This document shows, in pieces, positions 60,198-64,000 of a stretch of 64,000 nucleotides of DNA. Source of the stretch: Oscillospiraceae bacterium (GTDB lineage Bacteria; Bacillota; Clostridia; Oscillospirales; Ruminococcaceae); the NCBI GenBank assembly GCA_014799365.1, contig JAAVIF010000075.1, forward strand, positions 6 through 64,005, given 5' to 3'. A program made the translations under genes and the position numbers. A model generated the notes under the pieces. That model did not search any database. It saw only the letters and a program-made list of their open reading frames with translations, and had not been told where the DNA came from. Within the stretch, counting starts at the first letter, position 1. Each line of letters starts with the position of its first letter.

Positions 60198-61760
60198 TTA
60201 TAACCCTAATTCTTCCATATATTTATCCATCTGCGCCTGCACCTCTGCAAGCTCAGCTTCAATATTGGCAATATTTTGTTTTACCTCATCAATATCAATC
60301 AGTTTCTCTTCTTCAAACGTATCAACATAACGAGGAATATTTAAGTTAAAATCATTCTCCCTGATTTCTTCAAGCGTTGCCACATGATTGTATTTATCCT
60401 CGCCGATAAAGTCAATATCACTCTTATAACGGCTATAGGTATCTACAATGCGAACAACATCATATTCACGGAGAATGTTTTGATTTTTACCTTTTTCATA
60501 ATTTCCGTCGCCGCTTGCGTCTATAAAGAGAACTTTGTTATTGTTTCCCCTATCCTTACGGAAGATAAGAATACAAGCAGGGATTCCTGCTCCGTAGAAA
60601 AGATTTGCGGGAAGACCGATAACCGCATCAAGGAAATTAAACTGTTCAATGATCGTTCGGCGTATTCTTCCTTCACTTGCTCCGCGAAACAGCACACCAT
60701 GCGGGAGAATAATACCCATACGCCCGGTAGAATCGTCCAAGCTGTGTAACATGTGCATTACAAATGCGTAGTCGCCCTTAGATGCAGGAGGTATTCCCCA
60801 ATCAAATCGGCGGTATGGGTCAAGCTCTGCACTCATTTTTGGCTTTTTGCCCTTGACATCTGTTTCGGCATCTCCGAGAAAACCGCTGTCCCATTTATCC
60901 AAGGAAAAGGGAGGATTTGCCACAATGCACTGGAACTTCATCAGCTTGTCATCTTCAATATTTCCCGGATTAGCAAGTGTATCGCCGTGCCATATCACTG
61001 CGTCATCTACATTATGCAAAAACATATTCATTCGGCAAAGCGCCCAAGTCTGCATATTTTGTTCCTGCCCATAAATACGGGCTTTTCCGCTTGGGATTTG
61101 CTTAAATGCTTTTAAAAGTAATCCTCCGCTGCCACAGGTTGCGTCATAAATTCGATCATTTTCTTTTGGCTGAACCAAACGTGCTACCAATTCGGACACT
61201 TTGCTTGGTGTATAGAACTCTCCGCCCTTTTTCCCTGCATCTGAAGCAAAATTAGCTATCATGTATTCGTAGGAGTCCCCGATAATATCAACCGAATCCA
61301 ACTGAGAGGGACGCAGATCTAAGTCCTTAAAGTCCTCTAATAAATTTTTTAGGATAGCATTTTTCTCTCTCGGTTGGCCAAAGTCCACAGTAGAGTTAAA
61401 GTCAATGGCTCTGAACACTTCGTGCAATTTTGCGCTGTTGTTTTTTTCGATCGCCGCAAGAGCCACATTGATTTTTTGACCGATCTCGGCGTCATTGCGG
61501 TTATTGTAGAGATATGTAAAAGTAGAAGTCTCGTCCATAACAAAACGCTCACGATCCATAGCACGTTTGACACGACGCATATCTCCGTTATATTGCTTGA
61601 TATATTTTTCTTTTGTTTCATCATAAACATCACTGAGATATTTCACAAAGAGCATAGAAAGAATATAATCCTTATAACGGGAGCTGTCGATTTTTCCTCG
61701 AAAGCTGTCGCAGGCATTCCAGAGAACTTTTTCAATATTTTGTTTTGTAGTCATATTCAA
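60198..61760 (-). CDS. hsdM: Type I RM N6-adenine methyltransferase
   Basis: GEFYTP, YDATCGSGG, NPPF and LPHGVLFRG. Confidence 0.95.
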   Translation of the reverse strand: MNMTTKQNIEKVLWNACDSFRGKIDSSRYKDYILSMLFVKYLSDVYDETKEKYIKQYNGDMRRVKRAMDRERFVMDETSTFTYLYNNRNDAEIGQKINVALAAIEKNNSAKLHEVFRAIDFNSTVDFGQPREKNAILKNLLEDFKDLDLRPSQLDSVDIIGDSYEYMIANFASDAGKKGGEFYTPSKVSELVARLVQPKENDRIYDATCGSGGLLLKAFKQIPSGKARIYGQEQNMQTWALCRMNMFLHNVDDAVIWHGDTLANPGNIEDDKLMKFQCIVANPPFSLDKWDSGFLGDAETDVKGKKPKMSAELDPYRRFDWGIPPASKGDYAFVMHMLHSLDDSTGRMGIILPHGVLFRGASEGRIRRTIIEQFNFLDAVIGLPANLFYGAGIPACILIFRKDRGNNNKVLFIDASGDGNYEKGKNQNILREYDVVRIVDTYSRYKSDIDFIGEDKYNHVATLEEIRENDFNLNIPRYVDTFEEEKLIDIDEVKQNIANIEAELAEVQAQMDKYMEELGL

Positions 61761-62353
61761 TCACCTTTCTTTGCAGAGTCATAGATTTTTTCAATCAAAG
61801 CTTTGTTGTACATTTCCTTTTGGAAGGCTAAATTATATAGGAGTTCCTGCTCTTTTTCGGACAGTATTTGCATTTGACCGATTATTTGTTGCTTTTGTAT
61901 CGGCAAATCTTGTATAGGCAGAGAATTGAAAAACTTTGAGTTTATAGTGCCAAAAATCCCGCTTCCGCTTATGTTCTGCAGTATTTTTTGCATTGTAGAT
62001 TCCCGTTTCAAAAGCCACAGCACATATTCGGGTGCAGCCTTATTTTCATCAACTCTTATTATCGCAAAATGCGAGGGGATCAGATATCCGCACCAATCTT
62101 CTCTTGTGATCATAATTGTTGTATATGGTGTGCTTAACCTAACTAAGATGTCACCCATTTGTGTGAAATACTCGGGCTTTAACGGATCTGTCGTAGGAAG
62201 CTCTTCTATGTATTGTAAGTCAAGATATCCTGCTGCCGATGCACACTTTAAATTCAACAATTTATATTTGTGTATCACTGGTTCTTTTTCACTGACTTTT
62301 TTTCTTGTGGCTACGACTCCTGTTCGAATTGCAGCTACATCTTCAAGAATCAT
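61757..62353 (-). CDS. Short single-TRD HsdS-like protein upstream of hsdM
   Basis: GDILVRL and LPIQKQQIIG conserved-region-like motifs; ATGA overlap with hsdM. Confidence 0.7.
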   Translation of the reverse strand: MILEDVAAIRTGVVATRKKVSEKEPVIHKYKLLNLKCASAAGYLDLQYIEELPTTDPLKPEYFTQMGDILVRLSTPYTTIMITREDWCGYLIPSHFAIIRVDENKAAPEYVLWLLKRESTMQKILQNISGSGIFGTINSKFFNSLPIQDLPIQKQQIIGQMQILSEKEQELLYNLAFQKEMYNKALIEKIYDSAKKGD

Positions 62354-62850
62354 ATCGCACCTCTTTTTCGTTAATGTGTTTTTTGTGATTTTGTTTTTAT
62401 ATGTTCTGTGTGTTTTGTGATCATTATACACCATTTGGTAAATATTGTCAAGCCTTTTTAGAAAATTTTCTGTTCTGTGCATTCAGTGACATATCGATTC
62501 TTTAATTTTGCGTATTTCTACAAAATTTCCGAAAGTATAGCATTTCGGTCACCAAACACTTTCTACTCACCATATAACTTTGTGTGTTCTTATCCCTAAC
62601 CGCCCCTTGATTTTCCACTCCAAAAGTGATATAATCAGGCTTAAATCCACCCAATTCTAACCCAAATTCTAAAACACCCCTTTGGTTTTCTCTTGGAATT
62701 TCTCAAGAACTAAAATCACCATCGACACCGCACCACCAGCCAATCTCCCCACATCTTACCTCACAACCTTTCTTAGAACCCCTTTTTACCCCTTCCACTA
62801 AATTCCGCTATTTTCCTTCACTTTCCCTACCTTTCACTTTCGATTTATTC

Positions 62851-62909
62851 ACTCGAAATCGTTTGTACCGTGAAAAGTACCGTGGCTTAGAATCCCACCG
62901 TCTGCGCCA
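62851..62909 (+). pseudogene. 3' half of tRNA-Ser(CGA), degenerate (right att junction)
   Basis: 54 of 59 nt identical to 27210-27268. Confidence 0.88.
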
Positions 62910-63017
62910 AAAAACGATAAGTATCGGGAAAATGAAACTTGTCGTTTTCTTTGTTTTTAGCATGGCTTAAAGCAATTAAAATTTTGTTATTAAGCAAACC
63001 AAGAAAAGGTGTATCTT

Positions 63018-64000
63018 ATGAGTAATACAATTTATGATATAAATGACATTCGCAATATTATTTTGGATAGTCAGCACTTGTTAAAGAAAAGCTCCGACAG
63101 TATAGAGGATATTGTATCGGATATTTGCGGATTGCAATATGACCCAAATCCCACTATACATCTAAACCAATATATGATGCTTTGGAACAGAAAAAAAGAT
63201 TTTAAAGCGGAACAATTGGATATTGCAGCATATAAAGATTTTAAGGTTGTCGAAACGTGGACGTTTAAGCGTAATATGTTTCTTATACCAAGTAATGAGT
63301 ATTCGTTGTATAAGAATGCTGCAAAAGGTATTGTGAGATGGGGAGCTTCCGACGAAAGCTGGCTTGCAGCGGGAGATAGCCCTGAAATTCAAGCCGCAGA
63401 AAAGAAATTAAAAGAAAGTTTAATAGAATTTGACGGATTGACCGCTAATCAAATTTGGGAGAATTTGAATTTATCCTATGAATGGGATAAATATAGGCGG
63501 GAACACGACCAAAGCTATAATTTGCCGATATTCCGTGCCTTTTATAGATTAACTCGCAGGGGAGACCTTTTGACTTGCGGCAGAAATCCCGGAACTTTCA
63601 GAGAACCTGTTTTTATTTTAAAAGAAAAAGTGGGCTCTTTTGATTGGACTAATGATTCCATAGATGAAAAACAAGCTATAAAATGTATAGTTGAAAAACT
63701 AATAGCTTCATTGGGAGTAACTGATCCGGTTCACGTTTCTCATATATCAGGGTTTAAAACCGCTGATATTCTGCCTGTTTTTGAAGAGTTGAAATCCGAA
63801 AATAAAATATTACAGCTTTCATATAAAATCGGTCGAAAATATTACTATATCCATTCGTCCAAAATACAACTTCTAAATGAAAAGGCAGCTGTGAATTGCT
63901 GTGAAGTTCGACTTATATCACCAATGGATACAATTGTAAGAGACAAAACTTGGCTTAAAGCATTTTTCGATTATTCATTTTCTTTTGAGTATTTCAAGAA
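63018..64000 (+). CDS. HTH_42/YcaQ (AlkZ-like) crosslink-repair glycosylase, runs off the window end
   Basis: Hand translation gives a GLQYDP QxD motif and LISPMDTIVRDK...FFDYSFSFEYF; absent from the ORF track, presumably because it has no stop in the window. Confidence 0.7.
   Translation, partial: MSNTIYDINDIRNIILDSQHLLKKSSDSIEDIVSDICGLQYDPNPTIHLNQYMMLWNRKKDFKAEQLDIAAYKDFKVVETWTFKRNMFLIPSNEYSLYKNAAKGIVRWGASDESWLAAGDSPEIQAAEKKLKESLIEFDGLTANQIWENLNLSYEWDKYRREHDQSYNLPIFRAFYRLTRRGDLLTCGRNPGTFREPVFILKEKVGSFDWTNDSIDEKQAIKCIVEKLIASLGVTDPVHVSHISGFKTADILPVFEELKSENKILQLSYKIGRKYYYIHSSKIQLLNEKAAVNCCEVRLISPMDTIVRDKTWLKAFFDYSFSFEYFK

Larger units (their letters stand above)
27018..62859. mobile_element. 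~35.8-kb integrated defence island at the tRNA-Ser(CGA) anticodon loop
   Basis: Core ACTCGAAAT at 27018-27026 and 62851-62859; inverted 17/18-bp end motif at 27117-27134 and 62769-62786; AT-richer cargo; integrase, excisionase and AAA_25 genes. Confidence 0.8.

Noticed and set aside
1-64000. CRISPR array, cas genes, or a retron/DGR reverse transcriptase
   Set aside because: No regularly spaced repeat-spacer series, and no Cas or YxDD reverse-transcriptase ORF was seen.

Overview
Firmicute (Clostridia-like, inferred from gene content and sigma-A promoters) chromosome window in two parts. 1-27 kb is core-like: an aromatic 2-oxoacid/aryl-CoA cluster (ACT, paaK, iorBA, acyl-CoA ligase, a broken Na+/solute symporter), a two-component system, a lipid kinase, tRNA-Trp/Ile2/Lys, a PepV-like dipeptidase, oadG/oadB, glycogen genes, two trkA genes and tRNA-Leu, with several structured intergenic repeats. 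About 27.0-62.9 kb is a visibly AT-richer integrated defence island. It is bounded by the two halves of a tRNA-Ser(CGA) split at the anticodon loop (shared core ACTCGAAAT) and carries an intact tRNA-Ser(CGA) about 150 bp inside its left end. Cargo: an SF1B helicase, a Lamassu-like pair, and a type I RM operon with an embedded ATPase-TOPRIM gene and a membrane protein gene. Main finding: the island's tyrosine integrase gene is split just before its catalytic Tyr by an 8,557-bp serine-recombinase element (34640-43196) with symmetric inverted ends and an AC crossover dinucleotide. Precise excision would rebuild an in-frame 395-aa integrase (...LGHSDISTT-ANIYAHLDK...). All protein family calls come from motifs read by eye; no database search was run.
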